Counted from the stretch's first letter, positions 17,051-28,534 are shown. The stretch is 64,000 nucleotides of DNA from Nitrososphaeria archaeon (GCA_029775855.1 JARVJZ010000001.1:1-64000), one strand, 5' to 3'. Program-made: numbers and translations. Notes: a model not told the origin generated them from the sequence alone.

Positions 17051-18109
17051 TTACTTAGCTGCAGTTTCTATTGTTGACGCTATCTTTTCTATTGGGTCTT
17101 CCATTTTGTTGAGTATCTTTTTTGCTTTTGCTTCTATTTGTGTTCTTAGGTGTGTGTCTCTAAGTATCTCTTTTACCGTTTTTGCTACCGCTTCTGGTTT
17201 TCCCGGTCTTAGGATGAGCCCTTTTTTGATTAGATATTCTTCGGTGTATAATTTGGCAATTCTTTGTGCTGATATGCTTGGTATGCCCATGAGGGCTGCC
17301 TCAACTGTCATGGTGCCTCCCATACCTACTAAGGCATCTATGCTCTTCAGTAATGTTGGTCCAAAGAATTCTTCTAAGATGGTTATCTGCTCGCCGTATC
17401 TTTCTTTCATTGTTCTTCTTTGCGCGGAGTTTCTTGCTAAGATAAGTATGCTGGATGCGCTGGCTTCTTTGATTATGTTGTCTATAACTGATATGGTCCA
17501 CTTTAAATCGTCTGGGGTTAGGTAGTATGCTTGAGATTCTTCAAGGCGTATCGCAACAACTTTCTTAGCTCGATCTATTAGGTTAAGCTTGGTTTCAATC
17601 TTTGGTTTAACCTCCCGCTTCAGCCAAGCAGCTGGATCTAAGGCGCGATAGGAAACAACTTTACTTTTCGGTATTCCAAATTTTACCCAAATGTATGAAG
17701 GTATAACCCAAGGTGTTAGAAGTGTGGTGGCTAAAGGTATTGTCAGTCTAGCCACCTTTTCTGAATGTGGAGAGTCGTTTACGCAGAACAGAGGTATGCC
17801 TAATCCAAAAGCTACTCTCGCGCTCTCAGGAGAAGCGAAGCAGACTGCCACCTCTGGAGCCTGTTCTGATATGTATGCAGCCAGCTTCCATATTCTCTCA
17901 GCACTTGCTTCAAGCTTACCGAGTAGCGTTTCTCCACCGTGCCTTCCTATCACTTCAGCCTCTACCCCTAAAATATGTAAAACACCTTCCACTTCAGGGT
18001 AATGTCTGGTTGTTAAGATCACTTTATGCCCTCTGTTTCTAAGTTCTTCGGCTAGAGGTGTGAAGAATAATGCTTGCTTTGGTGTAAGGATGTCTATCCA
18101 GACCTTCAC
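17051..18109 (-). CDS. DUF354 family protein (GT-B glycosyltransferase/epimerase-like)
   Basis: KVWIDILTPKQ..FF, IGRHGG, SPE.ARVAFGLG, NDSPH, GGTMTVEAALMG. Confidence 0.85.
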   Translation of the reverse strand: MKVWIDILTPKQALFFTPLAEELRNRGHKVILTTRHYPEVEGVLHILGVEAEVIGRHGGETLLGKLEASAERIWKLAAYISEQAPEVAVCFASPESARVAFGLGIPLFCVNDSPHSEKVARLTIPLATTLLTPWVIPSYIWVKFGIPKSKVVSYRALDPAAWLKREVKPKIETKLNLIDRAKKVVAIRLEESQAYYLTPDDLKWTISVIDNIIKEASASSILILARNSAQRRTMKERYGEQITILEEFFGPTLLKSIDALVGMGGTMTVEAALMGIPSISAQRIAKLYTEEYLIKKGLILRPGKPEAVAKTVKEILRDTHLRTQIEAKAKKILNKMEDPIEKIASTIETAAK

Positions 18110-18217
18110 GCTACGGATACACACCCTTTCTATACTTAACTTTATGCCGAAGATTGCGAGGTTTGCAAAACATATTATTATGAGTGAGGTTGATAATCGG
18201 ATCTGGGGGCGTAAGTA

Positions 18218-19414
18218 GTGGTAGGTGTGGTCATTTACGGCCTTTCTACAGAAGGCTACAGCACCGCATCCACCTTGATAAAGAACGGACTTTCAGCTAC
18301 AATCGTTGATGAAGAGCTACAGATGGCTACACAGCTCAACCAAGATATTATAAAGAACACACGCACCGTGCACGATCTAATAAGCAAAGAACAGCTACTC
18401 TCGATAAAGCCTATTGAAGCCGCTCTAAGTGATGCACAATATATCTTCTTTACACCTAAAATCAGAAGCCCTCCCGAAGAGGTTGAAAATGAAGTAAACT
18501 CTAAACTACGAGAAGTAGCTAAGAATATAAGTAAAGGCGCCACATTAATCTACAACCTACCAGTCGGAATAGGTGGTTCTGAAAGTAATTTAGCACTTCT
18601 CGAGAAGATCAGCGGGCTACCCATTAAGGAAGGGTTTGATTATGTTTATGCGCCACTTAAACCCCTTTCAACCGAACCTAGCTGCATCGGTCTCTTAGAT
18701 AAACCTAAGAAAGATCTAGTCGCCCTACTCTCTAAACTTGGTTTGAAATCCTTTAACACGAGCTACAAAGTAGCCGAAGCTCTGCATGCTTCAAAGATCA
18801 TATCTACTTATTCTGTATACGCCACTCAAATTGAGGTCTATAAAATGCTTGAAGCTGTTGAACGGGCTAAAATAGGTAAGCAGCTCGGTGGGAAAGACAT
18901 CTATATTGATGACTTATTCTCCCAGTTGCTTGACGCAAGGCTGATTCTATCATCCCTCCCCACAAAAGAAACCTTGATGCATCTAACTTCGAACATTCTG
19001 AAGATTGTTGAAGGTTTTATAAGGATACTTGTTGATGAAGTGAAGTTGCTAATGAAGAATCTTGAATTAAAGGCGAGTAAAACTAAGCTCATCTTAAACT
19101 GGTCGGTTGATAAGTATGAGATGAGAGGTGATAGGTTAAGAATTCGCCAAAATATGCTTGAAAGGTTAAGAGATTATGTGGGCGATGTAGCCTCTTCTTC
19201 AGCGGCTCCTTGGGATGAAAACAACCTAAATTATAAGATTAAGGAGATACTTGGAGATCCCAAGACTAAACTACTCATCTCAGGTTCACAAGTAGATCAT
19301 AAGAATCTTTATGAAAAAATCGCTACTGAACGACCTATAGGTGAATACATATTTGTCAAAGCAAACTTACTCTGTGAAACCACAGCTGCTAAGACAGGTG
19401 GGGTAGGTGATTGA
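18218..19414 (+). CDS. Degenerate UDP-glucose/GDP-mannose dehydrogenase-like protein
   Basis: Rossmann-like start IYGLSTEGY, SGL....FDYVYAP and AEA...SKI resemble the family, but GxGxxG and the catalytic GGHC are not intact. Confidence 0.55.
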   Translation: MVGVVIYGLSTEGYSTASTLIKNGLSATIVDEELQMATQLNQDIIKNTRTVHDLISKEQLLSIKPIEAALSDAQYIFFTPKIRSPPEEVENEVNSKLREVAKNISKGATLIYNLPVGIGGSESNLALLEKISGLPIKEGFDYVYAPLKPLSTEPSCIGLLDKPKKDLVALLSKLGLKSFNTSYKVAEALHASKIISTYSVYATQIEVYKMLEAVERAKIGKQLGGKDIYIDDLFSQLLDARLILSSLPTKETLMHLTSNILKIVEGFIRILVDEVKLLMKNLELKASKTKLILNWSVDKYEMRGDRLRIRQNMLERLRDYVGDVASSSAAPWDENNLNYKIKEILGDPKTKLLISGSQVDHKNLYEKIATERPIGEYIFVKANLLCETTAAKTGGVGD

Positions 19415-20357
19415 TGTGTCAAATGTTAAGATAGGTGTGATAGGTGTAGGAGGCTGGGGAAAGAATCACTTAAGAGTTCTAAATGAGCTCGGATGCTTAA
19501 CCGCTTTCTGCGATGTGAATGCAGATAGGGTCAAAATGTATGAAAAAAAGTATGGTGTGAAAGGATACTGTTCTGTGGACGAAATGCTCCAAAAGGAATC
19601 GTTAAACGCTGTCACTGTCTGCACACCAACCATCACACATAGCGAAATTTCCAAGAAGACTCTTAACGCTGGGCTGCACACATTTGTAGAGAAGCCCCTA
19701 ACCTTATCATCAAAGGACGGAGAGGAACTCCTCGAAATCGCTGAGAAACAGGGTGTGATTTTAACAGCAGGCTACATAGAGCGTTTTAACCCTGCTATCT
19801 CAACTCTCAAAGACCTTATACTGTCTGGTAAAATAGGTGAACCTCTACTACTTGAATTCCATAGAGAAAGCAAATGGTTAGGCAATGTCAGAGATGTAGG
19901 AATCATATTAGACACAGCTGTTCACGATATTGATACAGCAAGGTGGATCTTTAATCTAGAACCAAAAGTTGTATTCGCTAGAACTGGGCATATAATAAGC
20001 CCGAACGAAGATTTTGCAGCGATAATACTAGGATTTGACCAGAAGAAAACCGCATTCATAGCCTCCAACTGGGTTACACCAAAGAAGGTTAGACGCCTCG
20101 TAACTGTATGCACAGGAGGAATCGCGACCATAGACTTCATAACACAAGAGATTCAAATTGATGATGCAGAGGGAACAATCATACCCAGAAAAGAGTGGAA
20201 AGAACCTCTGCTTCTTGAACTAAAGCATTTCATCGAATGCGTAGAAGGAAAGCAGACGCCTATTGTTAGCGCGGTAGACGCATTAAATAACACGAAGGTA
20301 GCTGAAGCGGCTTTGATCTCAAGTAGACATGGTGTGCCCATCTACCTCGAGTTATAG
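19407..20357 (+). CDS. Gfo/Idh/MocA oxidoreductase (WlbA/WbpB-like nucleotide-sugar 3-dehydrogenase)
   Basis: IGVIGVGGWGKNH, FVEKP, GYIERFNPA, DTAVHDID. Confidence 0.88.
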   Translation: MIDVSNVKIGVIGVGGWGKNHLRVLNELGCLTAFCDVNADRVKMYEKKYGVKGYCSVDEMLQKESLNAVTVCTPTITHSEISKKTLNAGLHTFVEKPLTLSSKDGEELLEIAEKQGVILTAGYIERFNPAISTLKDLILSGKIGEPLLLEFHRESKWLGNVRDVGIILDTAVHDIDTARWIFNLEPKVVFARTGHIISPNEDFAAIILGFDQKKTAFIASNWVTPKKVRRLVTVCTGGIATIDFITQEIQIDDAEGTIIPRKEWKEPLLLELKHFIECVEGKQTPIVSAVDALNNTKVAEAALISSRHGVPIYLEL

Positions 20358-20404
20358 CATAGTTTAAATTCATCCATCTTTCTGCAAGATTTAGGTGATG
20401 GGTC

Positions 20405-20683
20405 TTGAAGAGGCGTCTGCTTGACATATTAGCTTGCCCTATAGATAAGCACTACCCGCTGGATTTAATAGAACTAGTCTCAGAGGGCGATGTCATAAAA
20501 GAGGGTGTCCTCCTCTGTAGCAAATGCAGCAGATTCTACCCGATAATAGATGAAATCCCAGTTATGCTGCCTGATGATCTTAGGAATAAGGATGAAGACA
20601 TATCTTTTCTAAGGAAGTGGATGAATACCCTTCCCGAAACACTACTCTATGGAGCCAAACCTTTCCATCTCGAGAAAGGTTAG
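20405..20683 (+). CDS. Trm112 family methyltransferase activator
   Basis: LLDILACPIDK, EGVLLCSKCSRFYPIIDEIPVMLPD. Confidence 0.9.
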   Translation: MKRRLLDILACPIDKHYPLDLIELVSEGDVIKEGVLLCSKCSRFYPIIDEIPVMLPDDLRNKDEDISFLRKWMNTLPETLLYGAKPFHLEKG

Positions 20684-20687
20684 TTTT

Positions 20688-21188
20688 ATGGTGAAGATAA
20701 TCAACCACATTGGAAAGAATGTTAAGCTCGGTAAAAATGTGCATATATGGCACTTCGTCTACATAGGCGATAATACCGAGATAGGAGATAATGTGAAGAT
20801 AGGTTCCCTTTCACATATCGACTACAATGTGAAGATAGGTTCTAATACAAAGATTGAGGGTTTAGTTTACATACCTCCGCTCTCAGTTATAGGTGAGGGT
20901 GTATTCATAGGCCCTAGAGCTACTCTAACTAATGACCCTTACCCTATGAGTGATAGAATGGTTGGCGTTGTTGTTGAAGATAATGCTGTAATTTGTGCTG
21001 GTGCGGTTATAAAGGCTGGTGTGAAAATCGGTAGGAATAGTGTGGTAGGTATGGGTGCTGTGGTAACACGGGATGTGCCGCCAGATACAGTGGTTTATGG
21101 TGTTCCAGCGAAACCAATGTATAGTAGAAGCGTATATGATGAAAAGAGGCTTAAATGGATGCACTCCTCAACCATAGATACGCCTTAG
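20688..21188 (+). CDS. Hexapeptide-repeat N-acyltransferase (WlbB/WbpD-like)
   Basis: Left-handed beta-helix repeats, IWHF, TNDPYP, GAVVTRDVP...YGVPAK. Confidence 0.88.
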   Translation: MVKIINHIGKNVKLGKNVHIWHFVYIGDNTEIGDNVKIGSLSHIDYNVKIGSNTKIEGLVYIPPLSVIGEGVFIGPRATLTNDPYPMSDRMVGVVVEDNAVICAGAVIKAGVKIGRNSVVGMGAVVTRDVPPDTVVYGVPAKPMYSRSVYDEKRLKWMHSSTIDTP

Positions 21189-21656
21189 ATAACTATATCT
21201 CCGCTCAACCAAACGGTCAAGCTCATCGGTAAGCCTTTTCTCCAACTCAATCTGACTCGGCGCTATTAGATGCTCTGAAAAGATATAGGGTCCTTCAGCA
21301 ACATAGGGTGTAATTATCTGTGATGGAGGTAGAGGCTTCTTTTCAAGTATATTCTTTAAGAGCGTTTCAGCATCTTCAAACTTTCCTTGAACTGGTCTTA
21401 ACCCAAAGGTTATCTCCTTAAGGAAGGGTAGTTTATCGTTTTCTAAAGTTGTCTTAAGTGCATATCCTACTGTTTCAAACGGGTTAATCACTTCTTCCTT
21501 TATGAGCCAGAAATCTTCCCGATGTATGATGCTTGTGTTGAGGTATCCCTTCTTATCTTTCCCTAGAAGTATGTGCCAGCCTTCGGGGTCTTCCTCATAG
21601 AGTTTTAGTATCTCTAACCTAGTTTGCTTGGCGCTTTTGATTTCTTCAGCCAACAT
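21168..21656 (-). CDS. Hypothetical protein
   Basis: 162-aa ORF filling the gap; no recognised motif. Confidence 0.65.
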   Translation of the reverse strand: MLAEEIKSAKQTRLEILKLYEEDPEGWHILLGKDKKGYLNTSIIHREDFWLIKEEVINPFETVGYALKTTLENDKLPFLKEITFGLRPVQGKFEDAETLLKNILEKKPLPPSQIITPYVAEGPYIFSEHLIAPSQIELEKRLTDELDRLVERRYSYLRRIYG

Positions 21657-21742
21657 CTGCTCCTATAGATTGATTAGATATATGGATTATTCTTATTGTA
21701 GAGCGGTAAAGTTAATTTGCCGAGGGTTTTTTAGACTTTGGG

Positions 21743-21970
21743 TTGAGTGAAGTATATCAGTCTATTCAGATGCTTGGTGTAATGCTTCTACTTCTAGGGG
21801 TTATTCTAATAGCTATACCTTTTTTGGCGAAGGTTGTGCCCTCGCTTGATAAGATTCCTCCTATAATCCTTTGGGTATACAAAAAGGATGGTTTTTATTT
21901 CGCAACTTCGCCTATTCTTATAATAATCTCCTTGATCTCCATTATACTATTTCTACTTAGGAGAGTTTAA
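21743..21970 (+). CDS. Small membrane protein (DUF2905-like)
   Basis: Two TM helices around 'IPPIILWVYKKDGFYFATSP'. Confidence 0.65.
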   Translation: MSEVYQSIQMLGVMLLLLGVILIAIPFLAKVVPSLDKIPPIILWVYKKDGFYFATSPILIIISLISIILFLLRRV

Positions 21971-23397
21971 CTTAACTGCTTAAGCTTGGCTACTATGACA
22001 GACCTTGTTATATGGGGGTCAGTCTTCCCACCGCTTGCTTTCATCACTAACCCTATCAAGTAGTTAATAGCTTTCTCGTTTTTCAATGCATCTTTAACCG
22101 CTTTCTCATTTTCTTTGAAGACTCTGTCTACGAGCGCTTTTATCGTTGCTTCATCTCCGATCTTAGAGACTTCGGCGAAGATCTTTTGCTCAATTCTTTT
22201 TCCTGTGGTCGCAGCCTTTAAGAGTAGATTTCTTCCAGTCTGTTCGTTTATTAGACCTTCGTCAACCGCTCTTGCTAACGCTGCGATGTCTTCTGGTGCT
22301 ATCTTTAAGGTTGATGGATCTAGGTCTTTTCTATTCAAGTAGCCCAAGATGTCGCTTATTAGCCAGTTCGCTATTCTTAGAGGGCTCCTATATTTTTCTA
22401 TACTTTTTTCAAATAAGTCTGCTAAAGATTTGTGAGATGTTAATATTTCTGCAGCTTGATGAGGTAGATTGTATTGTTTTATAAATCGGTCTCTCCTTGC
22501 GTCTGGAAGCTCGGGCATAGCTGCTAAGGTTTCTGCTATAAGGTCTTCGGTTATAATGTATGGTGGTAGGTCTGCTTCAGGGAAGTAACGGTAATCCTGC
22601 TCCTCCTCTTTCACCCTAAGTGAAATTGTGACACCTCTGACATCATCCCAGTGTCTTGTCTCCATACCTCTTTTAGCGCCAAGCATCTTCTGCCTTGTCA
22701 CCTCAAAGCTCAACGCCTTCTCAACATCTTTAAACGACCCTATATTCTTAATCTCAACCCTATAACCTCCTCTCACAGATATGTTCGCGTCGCATCTAAG
22801 AGCAGCCTCAAGGTCACAGTTACATACGCCAAGATGCTCAAGTATAGCTCTAAGCTTCTGCAGAAACTGCCTAGCTTGCTTAGGGGTTGTAAGGTCAGGC
22901 TCGGTAACGATTTCGACTAAAGCGACGCCTGAGCGGTTATAGTCAACTAACGCATAAGGTGAGGTTGAAATTGAGCCCTCATACACAATCTTGGCTGGGT
23001 CCTCTTCTAACTGTATGCGCCTAATCCTAACCACCTTATCCTTCAAGCGGATCTGCCCGCCTGTGGCAAGAGGTAGACCGCCAACCTTATCATACTGCGA
23101 TATCTGAAAGTTCTTGGGCAGATCTGGGTAGAAGTAGTTCTTTCTGTAGAAGACCATCTTCTGTGAAACTCTAGAGCCTAGGGCTAAGGCTATGGCTAAG
23201 GCGTGCTTAACAGCTTGCTCATTTAATACCGGCAAGCTTCCTGGAAGCCCCATACATACAGGACAGATGTTTGTGTTTGGTTCTTTGTTATAGTAGTCTG
23301 CTGGGCATCTGCAGAAGAGTTTGGTCTTTAAACTTGTTAGGTGGCAGTGCACCTCTAAGCCTATCTTAACATCTAAATCCTCTTTAGCGTCCAACAT
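21967..23397 (-). CDS. gatB: Asp-tRNA(Asn)/Glu-tRNA(Gln) amidotransferase subunit B
   Basis: IGLEVH, RKNYFYPDLPKNFQISQY, DYNRSG..LVEIVTEPD, YRYFPEADL. Confidence 0.96.
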   Translation of the reverse strand: MLDAKEDLDVKIGLEVHCHLTSLKTKLFCRCPADYYNKEPNTNICPVCMGLPGSLPVLNEQAVKHALAIALALGSRVSQKMVFYRKNYFYPDLPKNFQISQYDKVGGLPLATGGQIRLKDKVVRIRRIQLEEDPAKIVYEGSISTSPYALVDYNRSGVALVEIVTEPDLTTPKQARQFLQKLRAILEHLGVCNCDLEAALRCDANISVRGGYRVEIKNIGSFKDVEKALSFEVTRQKMLGAKRGMETRHWDDVRGVTISLRVKEEEQDYRYFPEADLPPYIITEDLIAETLAAMPELPDARRDRFIKQYNLPHQAAEILTSHKSLADLFEKSIEKYRSPLRIANWLISDILGYLNRKDLDPSTLKIAPEDIAALARAVDEGLINEQTGRNLLLKAATTGKRIEQKIFAEVSKIGDEATIKALVDRVFKENEKAVKDALKNEKAINYLIGLVMKASGGKTDPHITRSVIVAKLKQLS

Positions 23398-23398
23398 C

Positions 23399-24829
23399 TT
23401 ACTGCCTCCTTAAGCTTTCTTCAACAATCTTTGCTGCTTGGAAGAGTCTTTCTTCGCAGAAGTAGGGTGCTATAATCTGAAGCCCTACTGGGAGTTCACC
23501 TTCTTTATGCACAGGCACGGATATCGCTGGATGACCCGTTAGGTTAGGGGGCACAGTATTGATGTCTATCATATACATTAAGAGCGGGTCTTCTATCTTC
23601 TCGCCTATCTTAAATGGTGTTGTAGGCATAGTTGGGCCAGCGATAAGACCGTATTTTGTGAAGAGTTGCTGAAACTGAGTTTTAAGGATGTTTCTGATCT
23701 TCTGAGCCTTAAGGTAATATGCTCCATAGTAGCCTGCGGAAAGAACATATGTGCCTAGGAGTATTCGCCTCTTAACTTCTGGTCCAAAACCTTTAGCTCT
23801 GCATTTTGAAAAGTATGTGTTCCAATCTCTGTAGCCGGATTTAAGTGAAAGTCCGTAGCGGAGCCCGTCAAAGCGTGCTAAGTTGGAGCTTGCTTCAGCC
23901 ATCGCTATGATGTAGTAGGCTGGTAAAGCGTAATCTAGTGTACTTAGGGATACTTCCTCTACTACATAGCCTCCGTCTTTAAGCGCTTCTATTCCCCTCC
24001 ATACGCTTCTAGCAACCGCATCTTCTACACCTTCGCCGAAGAATTCCTTAGGCACAGCTACCCTTCTACAAATCTTAGAGCTCTCTACTTTAGGCGGATT
24101 TCTATAAGAGGTTGAATCCATGGGGTCCCAGCCTGAGATACATTGGAAGAGTAATGCGCAATCATCTACATTCGCTGCAAAAGGGCCTATCTGTTCAAGG
24201 CTGTTAGCATAAGAGATTAAACCGTATCTACTCACAGAACCATAAGTGGGCTTCAACCCTACAACGCCACAGAAGGCTGCTGGGCATCTGATAGAGCCGC
24301 CAGTATCGCTCCCTAAAGATAGAGGAACCATGCCAGCAGCAACAGCTGCGCCGCTTCCTCCAGATGATCCTCCTGCGACTCTGCTTTTGTCAACTGGGTT
24401 TCTTGTTGGCCCAAATGCGCTGAATTCTGTGGTGCTTCCCATAGCAAATTCGTCGGTGTTTGTTTTCCCCACGATTACAGCTCCAGCTTCCTTTAATTTT
24501 GCGACTACAGTAGCATCGTATGGTGGTATGTAACCCTTAAGTATCTTAGAGCCACAAGTGGTTTCTAACCCAGCGGTTGAGATAACATCTTTGACCGCTA
24601 TCGGTAGACCACATAGTGCGCCTACCTTTTCTCCTCTTTTTAGCTTTGTATCAAGGCTTTCAGCAGCGGCTAAGGCTTTTTTTGAGTTGATGGTTATGAA
24701 GGCATTTATGTCCTTATCGAGTTCTTTGATCTTGTTTAGACTTGCTTCGACTACATCCACTATAGAGACTTCCCCTAAACGAATTGCTTCAACAAGCCTT
24801 TTAGCGCTTCGAAGATCGATGTTAGTCAA
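23399..24829 (-). CDS. gatA: Amidotransferase subunit A
   Basis: GKTNTDEFAMGS, GGSSGGS, GSDTGGSIRCPA, EASSNLARFDG, EVKRRILLG. Confidence 0.96.
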   Translation of the reverse strand: MTNIDLRSAKRLVEAIRLGEVSIVDVVEASLNKIKELDKDINAFITINSKKALAAAESLDTKLKRGEKVGALCGLPIAVKDVISTAGLETTCGSKILKGYIPPYDATVVAKLKEAGAVIVGKTNTDEFAMGSTTEFSAFGPTRNPVDKSRVAGGSSGGSGAAVAAGMVPLSLGSDTGGSIRCPAAFCGVVGLKPTYGSVSRYGLISYANSLEQIGPFAANVDDCALLFQCISGWDPMDSTSYRNPPKVESSKICRRVAVPKEFFGEGVEDAVARSVWRGIEALKDGGYVVEEVSLSTLDYALPAYYIIAMAEASSNLARFDGLRYGLSLKSGYRDWNTYFSKCRAKGFGPEVKRRILLGTYVLSAGYYGAYYLKAQKIRNILKTQFQQLFTKYGLIAGPTMPTTPFKIGEKIEDPLLMYMIDINTVPPNLTGHPAISVPVHKEGELPVGLQIIAPYFCEERLFQAAKIVEESLRRQ

Positions 24830-24837
24830 GATAACAC

Positions 24838-25140
24838 CTATGCTATTCTTGGGGCTTTTACATAGCGTCCTTTTCTACTTGGCACAATCTTGAGGATTTC
24901 GTCTGCTGGGAAGGGTGTTGGTTCATCGCTTCGAGAAACCTTCCCTATTTCAAGCGGATGGTATAATGGCTCTACACCGCTGGTGTCAACCTCATCTATC
25001 TTACTGAAGTAGTTTAGGATTTTGGTGAGCTGCTTAGAAATTTCTTTAGCCTCTTTATCTGTTAGATCTATGCGTGTAAGCCAAGCTAGGTGCTTAACAG
25101 CGCTTACCCCAAGCTTAGTTCGCTTCGGCAAATAGACCAC
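24838..25140 (-). CDS. gatC: Amidotransferase subunit C
   Basis: VKHLAWLTRI, EVDTSGVEP, YVKAPRI; lies between aspS and gatA. Confidence 0.9.
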   Translation of the reverse strand: MVYLPKRTKLGVSAVKHLAWLTRIDLTDKEAKEISKQLTKILNYFSKIDEVDTSGVEPLYHPLEIGKVSRSDEPTPFPADEILKIVPSRKGRYVKAPRIA

Positions 25141-25141
25141 G

Positions 25142-26479
25142 CTATGGTGTTAGGTGGCGTTGGTCTCTTGGGAAGTATGTTACCTCTCTGATGTTGCTTT
25201 GCCCAGTTAAGGCCATTAGTAGGCGTTCAAACCCTAAGCCAAATCCTGCGTGTGGTGGCATACCATAATCAAAAATCTTTAGGTGATAAGCAAAGCTCTT
25301 TGGGTTCAGACCCTTCTCCTTAAGCCTCTTCTCAAGCAACTTTCTGCTGCTTACTCTAGTCCCTCCAGAGGCTACCTCTAAAGAGCCATACATGAGGTCA
25401 AAAGATTCGCTGATCTTCGAATTCTTGTCTTTTGGCGCTATGTAGAAGGGCTTGCTTTGCGCAGGCCAATCGACTATGAAGTAAAAAGAGGGGTTGTGTT
25501 TAGCTAATGCGTTTAGCGTTGCTGAACCTAAGTCTTCACCCCACTCGAGCCTACACCCATGCTCGGCTAGGATGTTTAAAACTTCATCGTATGTGTATCG
25601 TTTGAATCCTTGAAGTGGTTCAAGCTTATAGCCTATTGTCTTAAACTCGTTGGCACACTTCTTGCTTACCACATTAACAACCCATTTTATCATACTCTCA
25701 AGTCTATCCATCAAATCTCTGTAGTCAACATACGCTTCTTCGATATCAACCGATATGAATTCACTTAGGTGCTCAAGTGTCCTAGACTGCTCAGCTCTAA
25801 ACGCTGGGCCTATCTCGAAGACCTTCTCGAATGCCATTACGAGCTGCTCCTTATAGAGCTGGGGGCTTTGTGTGAGAAAAGCTTCCTTATCGTAGTAAAG
25901 CATAGGAAAGAGCGCAGCACCACCTTCTGTAGCTGAAGATATTATCTTCGGCGTGTGAACCTCGTGGTAGCCATTGTCAAGGAGATAAGCTCTTAAAGCC
26001 TTTAACACTTCTTGCCTAATCTTAAATAATGCTTGTGCGGCTGGACGCCTAAGATCTACAGCGCGTATCTCAAGCCTCTTATCTATGCTCGGAAGCCTAC
26101 GACCATACAAAGAAGTAGGGGGGTTTTGAGTCGCAAAACTGAGTATCTTAATCTCCTTAGGTAGTATCTCCACACCCTTAGGCGCCTTAGAAATAGCTCT
26201 CAACACGCCCTTTACCCCTATGGATGTATGTGCAGTAAGCCTCTGAACTTTCTCGTATAACTCATCGCTAACCTCACCTCTCTTTACAGTAATCTGCGTA
26301 AACCCATCCTTATCCGCAAGTATGATAAAAGTTATATTGCCTTGATGCCTTATAGACGCAATCCAACCGAAGACTATGCTCTCCTTTCCATCTAGCTGTG
26401 GAGAGAGGTCACTAGAATAGTGTGTCCTTCTCCAGTCTCCCAGTGTGTCAAGCCTTAGATCTAAGCTTCTCCTCCGCAC
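25142..26479 (-). CDS. aspS: Non-discriminating aspartyl-tRNA synthetase
   Basis: [37 protein letters not shown]-type His (IRHQG) and Pro (KAPKG); clustered with gatCAB. Start uncertain (GTG 26479). Confidence 0.93.
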   Translation of the reverse strand: MRRRSLDLRLDTLGDWRRTHYSSDLSPQLDGKESIVFGWIASIRHQGNITFIILADKDGFTQITVKRGEVSDELYEKVQRLTAHTSIGVKGVLRAISKAPKGVEILPKEIKILSFATQNPPTSLYGRRLPSIDKRLEIRAVDLRRPAAQALFKIRQEVLKALRAYLLDNGYHEVHTPKIISSATEGGAALFPMLYYDKEAFLTQSPQLYKEQLVMAFEKVFEIGPAFRAEQSRTLEHLSEFISVDIEEAYVDYRDLMDRLESMIKWVVNVVSKKCANEFKTIGYKLEPLQGFKRYTYDEVLNILAEHGCRLEWGEDLGSATLNALAKHNPSFYFIVDWPAQSKPFYIAPKDKNSKISESFDLMYGSLEVASGGTRVSSRKLLEKRLKEKGLNPKSFAYHLKIFDYGMPPHAGFGLGFERLLMALTGQSNIREVTYFPRDQRHLTP

Positions 26480-26617
26480 AGACTTTGTATGCGTCAATCC
26501 ACACAACCCGAATCTTATCCGCTAACTTCTATTCATCTAACCACACATTTATATTGGTTTAAGCCTTTCCCCACCTACACTTTATTTTTAAGCAGATATG
26601 CTATACATGCGACTATC

Positions 26618-28534
26618 TTGGAAGTCATTAACTACAGTTTGCTGAGCGATTACGACATATTCCTATTCAAGCAAGGAAAACATTACAGACTATATGAGAA
26701 GCTCGGTTCACATTTAAAATCTGTAAATGGTGAAAGAGGAGCATACTTCGCAGTTTATGCGCCAAACGCACAAGAAGTGCACATAATAGGCAGCTTCAAT
26801 TCTTGGCAACCAACACATAAACTCTATAAGCGCCAAGATAACTCAGGCATCTGGGAAGGCTTCATACCCAAAGTAGGTAAAGGAGAACTATACAAATATA
26901 GGATAACCGCAAAAAACGGATACATAGTAGACAAATCTGACCCCTACGCGTACTTTTTCGAAACCCCGCCAAACACGGCTTCCATAATCTGGGAAATAGA
27001 GTATCAGTGGGAAGATGAAGAATGGATGAAAAACAGATGGATACACAACTCACTAGACGCACCAATAGCAATCTACGAACTCCACTTAGGCTCTTGGAGA
27101 AGAGCTGAAAATAACCGATGGCTAACCTATAAAGAAGCATCTGAGCAGCTAACAGCATATGTGAAAGAAATGGGCTTCACACACATAGAACTACTACCCA
27201 TAATGGAGCACCCCTTTTATGGAAGCTGGGGTTACCAAACAACAGGCTACTTCGCACCTACAAGCAGATACGGGCAACCACAAGACTTTATGCATCTAAT
27301 AGATACACTGCACAAGGAAGGAATAGGTGTAATATTAGACTGGGTTCCTTCACACTTCCCAACAGATCAGCACGGCTTAGTTTATTTTGACGGCACCCAC
27401 CTATATGAATACGAAGATTGGAGAAGAAGATATCACCCAGATTGGAACAGCTACATCTTCGACTACGGAAAGAACGAAGTGAAGTCTTTCCTCATAAGTA
27501 GCGCACTCTTCTGGCTTGACAAATACCACATAGACGGATTACGAATCGACGCAGTAGCATCTATGCTCTACCTTGACTACTCAAGAAAGCAAGGCGAATG
27601 GCTACCAAACATCTACGGTGGAAAAGAAAACCTAGAAGCAATAACCTTCATAAAAGAGCTAAATGAAGCGATATACCGATACTACCCAGACACACAAACA
27701 ATAGCAGAGGAGTCCACCGCGTGGCCTATGGTAACCAGACCAACCTACCTCGGTGGACTAGGTTTCGGTTTAAAGTGGAATATGGGTTGGATGCACGACA
27801 CACTCTTCTACCTATCCAAAGACCCCCTTTACAGAAAGTATCACCACAATCAGATCACCTTTAGTATATGGTATGCATACTCGGAAAACTTCATCCTACC
27901 CCTCTCACACGATGAAGTAGTTTACGGTAAAGGCTCTCTCCTAACCAAGATGCCTGGTGATGAATGGCAGAAGTTCGCAAACTTAAGGCTGCTCTACGCC
28001 TATATGTATGCACATCCGGGAAAGAAGCTTCTATTTATGGGTAGTGAATTTGCCCAGTGGTTAGAATGGAGCCACGACCGAAGTTTAGATTGGTATCTCC
28101 TTAGTCAGCCGGCTCATCAAGGAGTTCAGAGGTTGCTGAAAGACCTTAACAGAATTTATCGAAACGAACCAGCGCTACATAAGTTAGATTTCAATGCAGA
28201 GGGGTTTGAGTGGATAGACTTTAACGACTGGGAGCAGAGTGTAATATGCTTCATCAGAAAAGACAAAACAGCGCAAAACACTATACTCATCGTCTGCAAC
28301 TTCACACCAACCCCAAGAACAAATTACAAAGTAGGTGCACCTAATGGAGGCTTTTGGAAAGAAATTCTAAATACAGACTCGAAAGAATATGGTGGTAGCG
28401 GATGGGGAAACTTCGGCGGTCTTAGCGCTAAAGAAGAACCATATCACGGCAGAAAGTATTCACTCACACTAACCTTACCGCCATTAGCCTGCATCTACTT
28501 CAAGCATCACTCAACACAAAAGAAGAACATATAG
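26618..28534 (+). CDS. glgB: 1,4-alpha-glucan branching enzyme, GH13 (bacterial-type)
   Basis: [21 protein letters not shown] and catalytic [10 protein letters not shown] / IAEEST / LSHDEVV. TTG 26618 lies about 30 bp after a TTTTAA box. Confidence 0.95.
   Translation: MEVINYSLLSDYDIFLFKQGKHYRLYEKLGSHLKSVNGERGAYFAVYAPNAQEVHIIGSFNSWQPTHKLYKRQDNSGIWEGFIPKVGKGELYKYRITAKNGYIVDKSDPYAYFFETPPNTASIIWEIEYQWEDEEWMKNRWIHNSLDAPIAIYELHLGSWRRAENNRWLTYKEASEQLTAYVKEMGFTHIELLPIMEHPFYGSWGYQTTGYFAPTSRYGQPQDFMHLIDTLHKEGIGVILDWVPSHFPTDQHGLVYFDGTHLYEYEDWRRRYHPDWNSYIFDYGKNEVKSFLISSALFWLDKYHIDGLRIDAVASMLYLDYSRKQGEWLPNIYGGKENLEAITFIKELNEAIYRYYPDTQTIAEESTAWPMVTRPTYLGGLGFGLKWNMGWMHDTLFYLSKDPLYRKYHHNQITFSIWYAYSENFILPLSHDEVVYGKGSLLTKMPGDEWQKFANLRLLYAYMYAHPGKKLLFMGSEFAQWLEWSHDRSLDWYLLSQPAHQGVQRLLKDLNRIYRNEPALHKLDFNAEGFEWIDFNDWEQSVICFIRKDKTAQNTILIVCNFTPTPRTNYKVGAPNGGFWKEILNTDSKEYGGSGWGNFGGLSAKEEPYHGRKYSLTLTLPPLACIYFKHHSTQKKNI

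Noticed and set aside
16971-17525. 184-aa plus-strand ORF
   Set aside because: Antisense shadow of DUF354 that also overlaps tRNA-Gln.
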